In this document: piece by piece, positions 51,384 to 62,459 of the stretch
Layout: the number at the start of each line of letters is the position of its first letter
Position numbering within the stretch: position 1 is the first letter of the stretch
From: an uncultured delta proteobacterium
GTDB lineage: Bacteria; Myxococcota; Kuafuiibacteriia; Kuafuiibacteriales; Kuafuiibacteriaceae
DNA: 64,000 nucleotides
NCBI GenBank assembly: GCA_963803435.1
Contig: CAWDML010000001.1
Coordinates: 672,001 to 736,000, forward strand
Reading direction: 5' to 3'
Notes under the pieces: model-generated
Database searches by the model: none
What the model was told of the DNA's origin: nothing
The model's input: only the letters and a program-made list of their open reading frames with translations
Made by a program: the position numbers and the translations under genes

Positions 51384-52696
51384 CCACTCTAGACCTCGAC
51401 GACATCCAGAGCGGCGTGTTGCGGCCGCGACCCGCGCCCTACGCCGCCGTCTACTACGTCCTCCGCGTCGACGATCGGCGCGCCGGACGCGAGGTGGTCC
51501 GCCGCCTGAGCTCGGTCGTGGTCCCGGTCTCACGGGCCGACACTCCGGCCAAGGACACGTGGGTCAGCGTGGCCATCAGCTACCGCGGCCTGGAGGCGTT
51601 GGGCGTTCCCGAGCGTTCTCTCGTCAGCTTCGCGCCCGAGTTCCGGGCGGGGATGGCGGCTCGGGCCAAGGTCTTGGGAGACGAAGGCGAGAGCAGCCCG
51701 CAGAACTGGGAGTCTCCGCTCGGCTCGAGCGACGTCCATCTGGTGCTCACGGCGCTGTCGGCGGACGACGAGCGCCTCGAGGCCGCCGTCGCCCGCGCGC
51801 GTGAGACCTTTCGCGGCGTCTTGGGTGTCGCACCGATCTGGCGCCAGGACTGCCACTCGCTCCCCTGCGAGCGAGAAGCCTTCGGGTTCAGGGATGGGAT
51901 CAGCCATCCCGCGATCGAAGGCAGCGGCATCTCCGGCTCGAACCCGCACGAGCCGCCGCTGCAACCGGGTGAGTTCGTGCTCGGATATCCCGACGAGATG
52001 CAGGCGTCGCCACCGATCCCTGAGCCCGAGACGCTGGGCAAGAACGGGAGCTACGTCGCCTTCCGCAAGCTGCATCAGCGCGTCGCTGAGTTCCGTCGTT
52101 ACCTGACGAGCAACACGAAGAGCGCCGAGGAAGCCGAGTGGTTGGCGGGCAAGCTCATGGGGCGCTGGCGAAGCGGGGCGCCTCTCGCGCTCTGCCCGAT
52201 CGAAGACGACCCCGTCCTCGGCGCCGATCGATCGCGCCACAACGCGTTCCAATTCCAGGAGGACCCGATAGGCTACGACACGCCGCGCGGCTGCCACGTC
52301 CGGCGGATGAATCCGCGCGACTCGGACGTCGCCGGCGTCGTCCGCATCCATCGTATGATCCGCCGCGGCACCTCCTACGGGCCCCCGCTCCCCGAAGGCG
52401 TGCTCGACGACGACGGCGTCGAGCGTGGGCTGATGTTTGCGTTCATCGGCGCTCACCTCGGCCGGCAGTTCGAGTTCGTCCAGTCCGAGTGGCTCGGCGA
52501 GGGGCGCTTCTTCGGCGGCGGACCCGAACGGGATCCTATCGCGGGCGCGCGCGGCCCCGGGACCTTCGACATTCCCCGGCGACCATTGAGGCGGCGCCTC
52601 GAGGGCCTCCCGCGATTCGTGATCACCAGGGGCGGTGAGTACTGCTTTCTTCCCGGCCTGAGAGCTCTGCAATGGCTCGCGAACCTGAGGACGTGA
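51380..52696 (+). CDS. Dyp-type heme peroxidase
   Basis: DDIQ, FGFRDGISHP (GxxDG), NGSY..FRKL.Q, HVRRMNPR, RRG..YG, QFEFVQ..W, GGEY.F.P. Confidence 0.92.
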   Translation: MTTLDLDDIQSGVLRPRPAPYAAVYYVLRVDDRRAGREVVRRLSSVVVPVSRADTPAKDTWVSVAISYRGLEALGVPERSLVSFAPEFRAGMAARAKVLGDEGESSPQNWESPLGSSDVHLVLTALSADDERLEAAVARARETFRGVLGVAPIWRQDCHSLPCEREAFGFRDGISHPAIEGSGISGSNPHEPPLQPGEFVLGYPDEMQASPPIPEPETLGKNGSYVAFRKLHQRVAEFRRYLTSNTKSAEEAEWLAGKLMGRWRSGAPLALCPIEDDPVLGADRSRHNAFQFQEDPIGYDTPRGCHVRRMNPRDSDVAGVVRIHRMIRRGTSYGPPLPEGVLDDDGVERGLMFAFIGAHLGRQFEFVQSEWLGEGRFFGGGPERDPIAGARGPGTFDIPRRPLRRRLEGLPRFVITRGGEYCFLPGLRALQWLANLRT

Positions 52697-52833
52697 TCGG
52701 ATGGGATTCGACCCTCCTCTGCTCAGCCTGGATGAAACAGGGATCGGTGATGTACCAACTGCTCGGCGGTGTAGCGATGGCCGGCGTCGAAGAGTGCTCG
52801 GAGGTGTCCGATTCGTCCGCCTGCCTGAGTTGG

Positions 52834-54789
52834 TCAGTCCCTCCCGGTACCTGCAACCAGAGTGCCGTCGCTCACGGTGGGTGCGGCCCTCTGCTCGATG
52901 AACGTCACGAGCTCGTTCCACGACTTCACGAACGACTTCGTCCCTTCGTCCTGGAGTCGCGCGGCGAGGGCATAGAGGTCGAAGCCGGCCGCGGTGAACG
53001 CGCTCAGCGTCTCCTCGCATCGCCCCCCATCGGCCGCGAGGAGCGTCCTTGTCCCCCCGCGTTCAACGACGGCCCTCAGCGTGGGCTCGGGTATGGTGAT
53101 CACCGTGAAGGGCGCGGTGAGCGCCTCGACGTACCTCAGGTCGGACGACCTCGGATCCTTGCTGCCGGTGCTGGCCCAGAGCAGTCGCTGCGGCCGCGCG
53201 CCCGCGTTGTAGATGCGCTGCCAACGCGGCGAGCGCAGGAGGCTGCGGTACGCCTGGTAGGTGCGCTCGGCCATCGCGATGCCGAGCTTCCCACGGAGCG
53301 CCTCCGGCACCCTGTCCGCGACGGCGGCGTCCCAGCGGCTGACGAACATGGAAGCCACCGAAGCGATGTCGGACCGGAGGCCCACCTCCAGGCGACGTTC
53401 GATCCCGCGCAGGAAAGCTTCCGCGACGGCGAGGTATTGCTCCCGGGAGAACAGCAGCGTGACGTTGACCGGGATCCCGCAGAAGATCGCCTCTTCGATG
53501 GCGGGGAGGCTCGCGGGCGTCCCGGGTATCTTGATCATCAGGTTTGGCCGGTTGGCCCGCGCGAAGAGCGCCTTGGCTGCTGCGAGCGTGACCCCAGGGT
53601 CGTGCGCGAGGACCGGCGATACCTCCAGCGAGACCCAGCCGTCGACGCCGGCGGTGCGATCGTAGACCGGTCGAAAGAGGTCCGCAGCCTGCCTCAGATC
53701 CTCGAGCGCCAGCTCGAAGAAGAGCTGTTCGCCCGACTTGTCAGGCCGAGCGCGCTCGGCGATGGCTGCCGCGTACGCCTCACCCTTCTTGATGGCCTGC
53801 TCGAAGATGGTTGGATTCGAGGTGAGGCCGGTGAGGCAGAGGTCTCGGATGGCGCGCTCGAGCGTGCCGGTGCGGAGCAGGTCGCGGGTGATATTGTCGA
53901 GCCAGACGCTCTGCCCGAGACGCTGGAGCCACGCGGTGGGCTTCACTCCAGGACCACCCGCCGGTTCGGCTCGTGGCAGGATGAACCGTTCGACTGCATT
54001 CGCGAAGCCTTCGTCTGCGAACGAGGTGGTCACCAACGTGGCCCGCCGTTTGACCTCGTCGCTCGCGTTGCCCATCGCGATGCTGAGCCCGCTCTTCTCG
54101 AACATCAGCACGTCGTTGGGTTGGTCGCCGAGCGTGGCGATGCGATCGAGCGGGATCTTGAGGTAGCGCGAGAGTCGGTCGATGACCACGCCCTTGTTCG
54201 CCGTCGGATGGGTCACGTCGAGGTAGTGCGGCTGCGAGCGCGCCGCCGACACCTGCGTCCCGAACGCCTCCTGAACCGCGGCCTCGCACGCGGCGACGCG
54301 CGCATGGTCTTCGCTCACGCCGACGATCTTCACCACGTCGGCCTGGACCTCGGCGAAGCTCGGAACCACGACCGGAGGCTGCTGGATGTTGGACGTCTCG
54401 CGGCTCACGCGCGGCGCCGCCTGCGAGCGCACGCACCAGTCCTTGGCCCGGAAGGCCCACACGTCGAGACCGTGCGATTCGATCATCTGGATGAGCGCCG
54501 GCACGAGGTACTCGGGCAGAAGACGCTCGTCGAGCAGCGAGAGATCGGGCAGCACGATGACCCCCCCATTGAAGGCGGCCATCGGCATCGTCAGATGGAG
54601 CGGCTCGACCAGCATCCGCATGCCGAACGGAGGACGACCGCTGGTGATGGTAAAGACGATCCCGCGTTCACGAAGGTCGTCGACCGCCCGGAGAACGCGC
54701 TCCGTGAGCACCTTGTCTTTGGTGACCAGCGTACCATCGACGTCGGCCAGGACCGCGGAGATCGGAGTGTCGGGGTACGGGCTAGACAT
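52834..54789 (-). CDS. Cof-type HAD-IIB hydrolase fused to transaldolase
   Basis: DVDGTL, SGR, NKG, GDQPND, then [47 protein letters not shown] in one frame. Confidence 0.9.
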   Translation of the reverse strand: MSSPYPDTPISAVLADVDGTLVTKDKVLTERVLRAVDDLRERGIVFTITSGRPPFGMRMLVEPLHLTMPMAAFNGGVIVLPDLSLLDERLLPEYLVPALIQMIESHGLDVWAFRAKDWCVRSQAAPRVSRETSNIQQPPVVVPSFAEVQADVVKIVGVSEDHARVAACEAAVQEAFGTQVSAARSQPHYLDVTHPTANKGVVIDRLSRYLKIPLDRIATLGDQPNDVLMFEKSGLSIAMGNASDEVKRRATLVTTSFADEGFANAVERFILPRAEPAGGPGVKPTAWLQRLGQSVWLDNITRDLLRTGTLERAIRDLCLTGLTSNPTIFEQAIKKGEAYAAAIAERARPDKSGEQLFFELALEDLRQAADLFRPVYDRTAGVDGWVSLEVSPVLAHDPGVTLAAAKALFARANRPNLMIKIPGTPASLPAIEEAIFCGIPVNVTLLFSREQYLAVAEAFLRGIERRLEVGLRSDIASVASMFVSRWDAAVADRVPEALRGKLGIAMAERTYQAYRSLLRSPRWQRIYNAGARPQRLLWASTGSKDPRSSDLRYVEALTAPFTVITIPEPTLRAVVERGGTRTLLAADGGRCEETLSAFTAAGFDLYALAARLQDEGTKSFVKSWNELVTFIEQRAAPTVSDGTLVAGTGRD

Positions 54790-55819
54790 AGCGCCGCTCC
54801 ATCCGCTCCAGCGGGATCGGCTTGATCTTGCTCCCCTGGCCTGCACATCCGAAGACCTCGAAGCGCGAGAGGCAGACGCTCTGCGCGGCAGCGACGGCGG
54901 CGGCCAGATAGTGCCGCGGGTCGAAGTCTTCGGGGTCCTCGGCGAGGCTCCGGCGGATGGCGCCCGTCATGGCGAGGCGGATGTCGGTGTCGCTGTTCAC
55001 CTTTCGTACGCCGTAGCGGATGCCCTCCCGGATCTCTTCGAGCGGGACCCCGTAGGTCTCGCCGATCTCGCCGCCATACCTGCGGATCACCTCCAGCCAC
55101 TCCTGGGGAACCGAGCTCGCGCCGTGCATGACGAGGTGAGTGTCGGGGATGCGGGCGTGGATCTCCTTGATCCGGTCGATCGCGAGCATCTCTCCGGTCG
55201 GCTTTCTGGAGAACTTGTGTGCGCCGTGCGAGGTGCCGATCGCGATGGCCAGGGCGTCGACCCGCGTCTTCGCAACGAAGTCGGCGGCCTGCTCGGGATC
55301 GGTGAGCAGCTGGTCGCGCGACAGCTTCCCGACGGCGCCGGAGCCATCCTCGACGCCGGCTCGGCCGGTCTCGAGCGAACCGAGGCAACCGAGCTCGCCC
55401 TCGACGGAGACTCCGACCGTATGGGCCATCTCGGCGACCTTGGTCGTGGTTTCGACGTTGTACTCGTACGTGGCGGGCGTCTTCATGTCGGGCATCAATG
55501 AACCGTCCATCATCACCGACGTGAACCCGGAGCGGATCGACGCGAGGCAGACCTGCGGGCTCGCGCCGTGATCCTGGTGGAAGACCACCGGAGTGTCCGG
55601 GTACGCCTCCACCGCTGCGAGCGCGAGATGGCGTAGAAACGGCTCCCCTGCGTACTTTCTGGCGCCTGCCGAAGCTTGCAGGATGACGGGGCTGTCGGTC
55701 TTGGCGGCCGCAGACATGATGGCCTGGATTTGCTCCAGATTGTTCATGTTGAACGCGGGGACACCGTAGTCGTGCTCAGCCGCGTGATCGAGCAATTGAC
55801 GCAAGGAAACGAACGCCAT
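54782..55819 (-). CDS. fba: Fructose-bisphosphate aldolase class II
   Basis: VPAFN, HQDHG, SVMMDGS, EGELG, GTSHG, HLVMHG, RKVN.DTD. Confidence 0.95.
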   Translation of the reverse strand: MAFVSLRQLLDHAAEHDYGVPAFNMNNLEQIQAIMSAAAKTDSPVILQASAGARKYAGEPFLRHLALAAVEAYPDTPVVFHQDHGASPQVCLASIRSGFTSVMMDGSLMPDMKTPATYEYNVETTTKVAEMAHTVGVSVEGELGCLGSLETGRAGVEDGSGAVGKLSRDQLLTDPEQAADFVAKTRVDALAIAIGTSHGAHKFSRKPTGEMLAIDRIKEIHARIPDTHLVMHGASSVPQEWLEVIRRYGGEIGETYGVPLEEIREGIRYGVRKVNSDTDIRLAMTGAIRRSLAEDPEDFDPRHYLAAAVAAAQSVCLSRFEVFGCAGQGSKIKPIPLERMERRYV

Positions 55820-55843
55820 GGGTGACCTCTCGCTGTGAAGCTC

Positions 55844-55858
55844 GCATGCTCCGTGCCA
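55844..55858 (-). promoter_or_regulatory. Putative sigma54 promoter
   Basis: Minus strand TGGCACGGAGCATGC (GG-N10-GC), ~25 nt upstream of fba. Confidence 0.6.
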
Positions 55859-55888
55859 CGAGATGAGCTCGGCCCGCGCTGGGCGCCG

Positions 55889-56965
55889 TCACGCCGCTTG
55901 GAGGAGCGTGCGAGCAATCCGCGCCATCTCCGCGGACTCGTCGACAGCAATGACCCAAGCCGACGCCTGACTGTTCGTCCTGGTGATCGGCTCGTCCGCG
56001 GCGTTCGCCGCGTTCTTCGCCTCGTCGAGGTCGAGCCCCAGCCATGAGAACGGCTCGACAATCCGCTTCCGCACCTCGGCGGCGTTCTCTCCGACGCCGC
56101 CCCCGAACACGACAGCGTCGAGACCACCGAGGACGGCAGCGAACGCGCCGATGACCTTGCGCACGCGATGGCAATAGAGATCGAGCGCCAGCATCGCGTG
56201 GGCGTCCTGAGTCTCGGCGAGTCGTAACACCTCGGGCATGGCGCTGTGGCCGCACACGCCGACGAGGCCGGCGCGCTCGTTGATCATGCGGTCGAGCTCG
56301 TCGGCCGAATAGCCCCGCGTGCGCAAGAGGTGAACGATGAGCCCCGGGTCGACGTCGCCGGAGCGGCTCGCCATCATCAGCCCCTCGGAGGGCGAGAAGC
56401 CCATGGACGTGTCGAGGGCTCGACCCTCCCTGACGGCCGTGGCCGAGCAGCCTGCCCCGAGCTGAAGGGTGACGAGACGCCGGGGCCTCCGCGGGTCGAG
56501 CTCGAGAGAGCGGCGGGCCATGAAGGCGTGCGCGAGCCCATGAAAGCCGTAGCGGCGTCCTTTGACCTCGGGAGGCAGCGCATACCTCGCGGCCGGCTCG
56601 GGCAGGTCGGCGAAGAAGGCGGTATCGAGGGCCGCAATCTGGGGCACGTTCGGTCCAAAGGCAGTTCGAGCGGCCGCGAGGTAGCGGAGCGCGAGGGCGT
56701 TGTGAAGGGGCGCGAGGGGGCTCGCCTCGCGGATCGCGGCCTCGACGGAGGAGCAGATGAAGGCATGCCGCTGCAGGTCCCCTGCGTGGACGATGCGGTG
56801 TGCAACGGCGTCGACTCGCCCCAAGGGTGCTGCGAACGCAGCGAGATCGACATGGTCGTCCCGGTCGAACCTTTGCGTGGAGAGCGCCCAATCCCCGGCC
56901 CACACCGTGACCTTCACGGAGGAGCTGCCCGTGTTGACCAGGAGCAAGCGCAGCTCGTCCATCAT
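55889..56965 (-). CDS. ackA: Acetate kinase
   Basis: NTGSSSVK, HRIVH, APLHN, DTAFF, RYGFHG, DTSMGF.P.EG, GGVGEN. Confidence 0.93.
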   Translation of the reverse strand: MMDELRLLLVNTGSSSVKVTVWAGDWALSTQRFDRDDHVDLAAFAAPLGRVDAVAHRIVHAGDLQRHAFICSSVEAAIREASPLAPLHNALALRYLAAARTAFGPNVPQIAALDTAFFADLPEPAARYALPPEVKGRRYGFHGLAHAFMARRSLELDPRRPRRLVTLQLGAGCSATAVREGRALDTSMGFSPSEGLMMASRSGDVDPGLIVHLLRTRGYSADELDRMINERAGLVGVCGHSAMPEVLRLAETQDAHAMLALDLYCHRVRKVIGAFAAVLGGLDAVVFGGGVGENAAEVRKRIVEPFSWLGLDLDEAKNAANAADEPITRTNSQASAWVIAVDESAEMARIARTLLQAA

Positions 56966-57585
56966 CGGAGGTCTCCGGGCGCGCGTCCCGAATCGAAGGA
57001 CTCGACGACGGGAGCGTTCCAGATCTTGATGGCGGGCGCTCCGCGATAGTAGTCGAGGACGTCGAGCGTTCCTGTATCGAGCAGGAAGTGCTGACCGGCG
57101 CCCGGCGGGAGCCCGATCCAGCGCGCGCCCAGCACCCGCAAGAGATGTCCGTGCGCGAAGAGCACGACGTCACCCTCGACTTCCCGGACGCGCGCTATCA
57201 CGCGGTCGACACGTGCGCCGACGTCGGCTGGACCTTCGCCCTCGGGGCAACCGTCGCGGAAGATCGACCAACCCGGGTTGGTGGCGTGGATCTGCGACGG
57301 GGTCAGTCCCTCGTACTCGCCATAGTTCCATTCGACGAGGTCGGGATCGATCTGGGCCGAGTCGCCGAGCCCGCACAGCTCGCACGTCTCCCGCGCACGA
57401 ACGAGAGGGCTCGTCAGCGCGAGCGCATACGACTGGCGGCTCAGCACCGGCCGGAGCGCACGTGCCAGTGCGCGCCCCGTTTCGGTGAGTGCGATGTCGG
57501 TGGTGCCGGTGTGCTGCCCGCTCCGGCTCCAGGCTGTCTCGCCGTGCCTCACGGCGAAGACCCGGCCTCGTGTGCTCTTCGCCAT
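56962..57585 (-). CDS. Histidine phosphatase (SHB17-like sugar-bisphosphatase subfamily)
   Basis: RHGETAWSRSGQHTG.TDI.LT, EWNYGEYEG, RDGC, FAHGH.LR. Confidence 0.88.
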   Translation of the reverse strand: MAKSTRGRVFAVRHGETAWSRSGQHTGTTDIALTETGRALARALRPVLSRQSYALALTSPLVRARETCELCGLGDSAQIDPDLVEWNYGEYEGLTPSQIHATNPGWSIFRDGCPEGEGPADVGARVDRVIARVREVEGDVVLFAHGHLLRVLGARWIGLPPGAGQHFLLDTGTLDVLDYYRGAPAIKIWNAPVVESFDSGRAPGDLR

Positions 57586-57601
57586 CGTGCATGGCCCTCG
57601 G

Positions 57602-60019
57602 TCACCGCTCCGGCTTGCTACCCTCCGGGAAGGTCCAATCGTCGACGTCGGGCTTGTCGGCGCCAAACTCGTACGCGTAGTTCTGGCACTCGATCTGAGC
57701 GTTCCGCAGCTTCTCCTTGGCGTGAATACCGACGCGTTGGAGCGCGGGCACGTGATCGATGACGTCCATGGCCAGCGTGAATCGGTCGATCCGGTTCTGG
57801 ATGGCGAGATCGAGCGGAGTGTTGATATTTCCCCTCTCCCGGTAGCCTCGCACGTGGATGTTGTGATGGTTCGTCCGCCCGTAGGTCATGCGGTGGATCA
57901 GCCAGGGATAGCCGTGGAAGTTGAAGATCACCGGCTTGTCGGTCGTGAAGATGCTGTCGAAGTCGCGGTCCGGGAGTCCGTGCGGATGCTCCTCGGACGA
58001 GCTCAGCCGATAGAGGTCCACCACGTTGACGAAGCGGATCTTGAGCTCCGGGAAGCTCTCGCGGAGGAGCGCCACCGCCGCCAACGACTCCTTGGTGGGT
58101 ATGTCGCCGGCGCAGGCCATCACGACGTCGGGCTCCATGCCTTGGTCGGTGCTCGCCTTGTCCCAGACGCTGATGCCCTTGGTACAGTGCGCGATCGCTT
58201 CGTCGATGTTCAGATACTGCAGATGCTTCTGTTTGTCGCAGACGATGACGTTGACGTAGTCGGTGCTGCGCAAGCAATGATCGGCGACCGAAAGCAGCGT
58301 ATTGACGTCGGGCGGCAGATAGATGCGGCACACCTTGGGATCTTTGTTGAGCACGACATCGAGAAACCCGGGATCCTGATGCGTGAACCCGTTGTGATCC
58401 TGACGCCAGACCGTGGAGGTGAGGAGGAGGTTCAGCGAAGACACCGGTGCTCGCCACCCCTGCTCGCGGCTCATTGCGAGCCACTTGGCGTGCATGTTGA
58501 ACATCGAATCGATGACGTGCGCGAAGGCCTCGTAGGTGGAGAAGAAGCCGTGTCGGCCCGTGAGGAGGTAGCCCTCGAGCCATCCCTCGAGCGTGTGCTC
58601 CGACAGCATCTCGAGGACGCGCCCATCCGGCGCGAGTTGCCCTCCGTCCGCGTCCTCCGGGAGATAGTCCGCCAGCCACAATTTCTTGCTGGCCTCGTAG
58701 ATGGCGGTGAGGCGGTTCGAGGCGTTCTCATCGGGACAGAACACCCGGAAGTTCTCCATGTTGCTGCGCATGACGTCGCGCAGGAGCAGACCGAGCGGCT
58801 TGGTATTCTCGGCCATCACCTGTCCGGGCTGCTCCACGTGGATGGCGTACTTGCGGAAATCCGGCATGCGGAGCGGCCTCCGCAGGAGACCGCCGTTGGC
58901 GTGCGGATTGGACCCCATGCGGCGTCGACCTTGGGGCGACAGCGCTCTCAGCTCCGGGCGCAGGCGACCCCTCTCGTCGAACAGCTCGTCGGGCCGGTAG
59001 CTCCTCATCCAGTCCTCGAGCTGCTTGAGGTGCGCCGGGTTCTCGTGCATGCCCGAGAGCGGAACCTGGTGCGAGCGCCATGAGCCCTCCACCTTGTGGC
59101 CGTCCACCTCGCGGGGACCGGTCCACCCCTTGGGGGTCCGCAGGACGATCATCGGCCAGCGCGGTCGGACCGGCTTTCCGCTTCCCCGGGCTTCTTTCTG
59201 GATCCGCCGGATCTCGAGCACGCAGTCCTCGAGCGTGGCAGCCATCAGCTGATGGACGACCGCGGGGTCGTCGCCCTCCACGAAGTGGGGCGCCCATCCG
59301 TAGCCGCGCATCAAGCTCTCCAGCTCCTCGCGCGAGATGCGTGCGAGCAGGGTCGGATTGGCGATCTTGTAGCCGTTGAGGTTCAGGATCGGGAGCACCG
59401 CTCCGTCGCGGATCGGGTTCAGGAACTTGGTCGAGTGCCACGCCGTGGCGAGGGGCCCGGTCTCAGACTCTCCGTCGCCCACCTCCACCGCCACGAGTAA
59501 TTCCGGGTTGTCGAATGCGGCCCCGAACGCATGGGAGAGGCTGTAGCCCAGCTCGCCGCCCTCATGAATGGAGCCGGGCGTCTCGGGCGTGCAGTGACTC
59601 CCGATGCCGCCCGGGAACGAGAATTCGCGGAAGAGATCGAGCATGCCCTCAGCATCTTCGCCCTTGTTGGGGTAGATCTCGGAGTAGGAGCCCTCCAGAT
59701 ATACGGGTGCCAGGACACCCGGTGCGCCGTGGCCGGACCCGGCGAGAAAGATCGCGTCGAGGTCGTACTTGTTGATCAGGCGATTGAGGTGAACGTAGAT
59801 CAAGCTCAGGGCAGGGCTTGCGCCCCAATGTCCGAGCAGGCGCTGCTTCACGTCCTCGGCCCGCAGCGGCTCGCGGAGCAGAGGATTCGAGCGCAGATAG
59901 ATCATCCCCACCGCCAAGTAATTGCACGCTCGCCAGTACGCGTGCATCTTGCGCAGCTCATCGGGCGACAGGCGCTCGGATTGGGTGCTTTGAATCTTGG
60001 CAGTGTTCGAACGAGTCAT
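57602..60019 (-). CDS. xfp: Xylulose-5P/fructose-6P phosphoketolase
   Basis: [45 protein letters not shown]. Confidence 0.96.
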   Translation of the reverse strand: MTRSNTAKIQSTQSERLSPDELRKMHAYWRACNYLAVGMIYLRSNPLLREPLRAEDVKQRLLGHWGASPALSLIYVHLNRLINKYDLDAIFLAGSGHGAPGVLAPVYLEGSYSEIYPNKGEDAEGMLDLFREFSFPGGIGSHCTPETPGSIHEGGELGYSLSHAFGAAFDNPELLVAVEVGDGESETGPLATAWHSTKFLNPIRDGAVLPILNLNGYKIANPTLLARISREELESLMRGYGWAPHFVEGDDPAVVHQLMAATLEDCVLEIRRIQKEARGSGKPVRPRWPMIVLRTPKGWTGPREVDGHKVEGSWRSHQVPLSGMHENPAHLKQLEDWMRSYRPDELFDERGRLRPELRALSPQGRRRMGSNPHANGGLLRRPLRMPDFRKYAIHVEQPGQVMAENTKPLGLLLRDVMRSNMENFRVFCPDENASNRLTAIYEASKKLWLADYLPEDADGGQLAPDGRVLEMLSEHTLEGWLEGYLLTGRHGFFSTYEAFAHVIDSMFNMHAKWLAMSREQGWRAPVSSLNLLLTSTVWRQDHNGFTHQDPGFLDVVLNKDPKVCRIYLPPDVNTLLSVADHCLRSTDYVNVIVCDKQKHLQYLNIDEAIAHCTKGISVWDKASTDQGMEPDVVMACAGDIPTKESLAAVALLRESFPELKIRFVNVVDLYRLSSSEEHPHGLPDRDFDSIFTTDKPVIFNFHGYPWLIHRMTYGRTNHHNIHVRGYRERGNINTPLDLAIQNRIDRFTLAMDVIDHVPALQRVGIHAKEKLRNAQIECQNYAYEFGADKPDVDDWTFPEGSKPER

Positions 60020-60054
60020 TCGTCATCTCCTCGGATTGAATCAACCCACGCTGA

Positions 60055-61053
60055 TCAGATCATCGCCTTGGCCTTCATCCACCGCCACGCCCAGCGGGCA
60101 GCACCGAGGAGGGCGGTCTTGTCATTCATGATGATCCGCACGGGAATCTGTGCGAGCAGTGGACTCAGACGGCCCTTGTCGAGGTAAGCGTTCAGGAATG
60201 TTTTTCCTCGCAACCTCGTCACGATCTTCGGAGCGATCCCACCGCCGAGGTACACCCCGGCCGTCGCCATGAATTGGAGCGCGACATTACCGGCGACGGC
60301 CCCATAGAGGGAGACGAAGAGCTCGACGGCGTGCTCTGCCAGCGGGCACTCGCTGGACGCCCGGAAGATCTGGGCGGCGCGATCGCCGGTCGACAACCTC
60401 TCCGCCAACCACTCGGGTTCTTCATCCCGTGCGGTATCCTTCAAGAACGAATAGATGTTGAAAAGACCGGGACCCGAGAGAGCTCGCTCGCAACTCACTC
60501 TCTTACCCAACTTGTCCACGAGATATTCGAGCAGCGCGATTTCCAATTTGTTCCGCGGCGCGAAGTCCGCGTGGCCACCTTCACTGGGTATGGGGATGTA
60601 CTCATCGCCCATCCAGACGATGGCGACCTGCCCGAGCCCGGTGCCAGCGGAAACGAGTGCTGCCGTCGTCGTCCGCACGGCGTGCCCCGGATTCAGCTCG
60701 ACGAAGTCCGTGCCGGAAAGGGATGGAATGCCCCAGGCGTTGGCTTCGAGGTCGTTGATCAGACCCACCTCCGGCACCGCCAGGTAATCGCTCAATTCGC
60801 GCGCATCGACCGCCCAGGGGAGATTGGTGAGCACCGCCCGCCCGTTCTTGACCGGACCGGCGACGCCCACGCACGCGGCATCGATCCTTGCCGGATGAGC
60901 CGCCAGAAAGGTTGCGATGATCTGCTCCAGACTCGCGTACGCACCGCTAGCGAATTTCTCGAACACTCTCGATCTCGAGCGTGGCCCCGCGCCGTCGGCA
61001 TCGACGAGCGCGAGACGCGTGTTGGTCCCGCCGACATCGATGCCCAAGATCAT
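60055..61053 (-). CDS. glk: Glucokinase
   Basis: IDVGGTNTR, GVAGPV, INDLEA, AGTGLG, SEGGH, SGPG, GGIAP. Confidence 0.94.
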   Translation of the reverse strand: MILGIDVGGTNTRLALVDADGAGPRSRSRVFEKFASGAYASLEQIIATFLAAHPARIDAACVGVAGPVKNGRAVLTNLPWAVDARELSDYLAVPEVGLINDLEANAWGIPSLSGTDFVELNPGHAVRTTTAALVSAGTGLGQVAIVWMGDEYIPIPSEGGHADFAPRNKLEIALLEYLVDKLGKRVSCERALSGPGLFNIYSFLKDTARDEEPEWLAERLSTGDRAAQIFRASSECPLAEHAVELFVSLYGAVAGNVALQFMATAGVYLGGGIAPKIVTRLRGKTFLNAYLDKGRLSPLLAQIPVRIIMNDKTALLGAARWAWRWMKAKAMI

Positions 61054-61375
61054 GGGTGGACCACTCGGGTGTCGGCCGCGCAGCGCCGACGCCGCGCGCG
61101 TTTGTCTGCGGTGTGGCTCATAGAACTTACTTCGACCAACGGCTTCCGTCCTTGTGAGAAGCCGGTTGCACGGGCTGGGCCGCGTAACCGCCAAGCCCGC
61201 GGGCCTCGAAGCCGGCCTGCTTCGGCCCCACCGAGCACGGCGCGAGTCGGTTCCGCGCCAGAGCGCCCGGACTCGACGATCACGCCGCGGCGATCGAGCG
61301 AAGCCGCTTGTTGTAATGACGGTGACGAATCGGCGGCTCAGGTTCCAAGCGAAGCGCGCAATGAGGAAGCGACGC

Positions 61376-62206
61376 TCATCTCGACGCGGCCGTGTCCTGA
61401 CACCAGTGATGGACGACGTAGAGGTAAGGGAACAGCGCGAGCGCCCGGACGATCAGATAGCACGCCATGGCCTCGACGATCTCGACGTTCGGATAGCTGT
61501 AGGCGACGACGGCCAGGGCGAGCGCAGGATTGCCCAGGACGGCGATCGACGCGAGCGTCCTGCTGTCATCGAGCCGAGGACCTCCTGCGAGGTGCGCGAC
61601 CGCTGCAGATACGAGCACGACGACGAGCACGGCGAGTATGGCCCACGGGCTGACCTCGAGCAGCACGGGCACGCCGAGGCGGAGCACCAACCCGAGCGCC
61701 ACCACCAACCCAACCCAGAAGACGGCCCGCACCACCCGTTCGAGCTTCCGGGCGGTGCGCGGCCAGCATGCGGCCATGGCCATGCCCGCAAGGAGAGGAA
61801 GGATGAGCTTCACCAGAATGATCGTCGCAAGGGTCCCTGGTTGGACGGCGAGCTCGATCGGAAAGACCCGCTCGAGCACCTCGATCCACAGGGGGACCGT
61901 GAGCGGAGCCAGGAACGACACCGTTGCGAGGATGACCACTGCCGTCGACCGGCCGCCGAGCGGATGAAGCGCGATGGGCGCGCCGGGACACGCGGCCATC
62001 AGACCGATGATGACGGCAGCCAGACGGCTGAGCGGAAGCGTCCACACCACGGCGATCGCCAGCACCGGTACCACCAGCTCCAGCACCAACAGCGCGCGAA
62101 AGATCAGCCGTCGCTCCACCCACGTCTTGCGTAGATCCGCCGCAGTCGTGCGAAGCCCGATCGCGAACACCAGCACGACAACGACGTTCTCCACGAGAAA
62201 GGCCAT
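61376..62206 (-). CDS. Bile acid:sodium symporter (SBF) family transporter
   Basis: Multi-TM protein with AACPGAP and N.ALAL motifs. Start could be 62221. Confidence 0.8.
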   Translation of the reverse strand: MAFLVENVVVVLVFAIGLRTTAADLRKTWVERRLIFRALLVLELVVPVLAIAVVWTLPLSRLAAVIIGLMAACPGAPIALHPLGGRSTAVVILATVSFLAPLTVPLWIEVLERVFPIELAVQPGTLATIILVKLILPLLAGMAMAACWPRTARKLERVVRAVFWVGLVVALGLVLRLGVPVLLEVSPWAILAVLVVVLVSAAVAHLAGGPRLDDSRTLASIAVLGNPALALAVVAYSYPNVEIVEAMACYLIVRALALFPYLYVVHHWCQDTAASR

Positions 62207-62459
62207 GGCACCCGAGCCCATCGAGGTGCATTTGGAGTGCCTTGGTCATGGGTCCGCGAACGAAGTCGCGACCGCGCCCGAGGAAATCGATCGGACTCGC
62301 GACCGCCGAGTCGATGATCCCGCTGGAATGGAAGCTGCAGCCCGGAGCTCCCGTCACCTGAGCTGATTTGGCCGCCCGATCATCAAAAGAGCACGGCGTT
62401 CGCTCGCTCACCGCCGCGGACGGTGCGCAACTCGAAAGCGAGGCGGCAGGAGGATTGAA

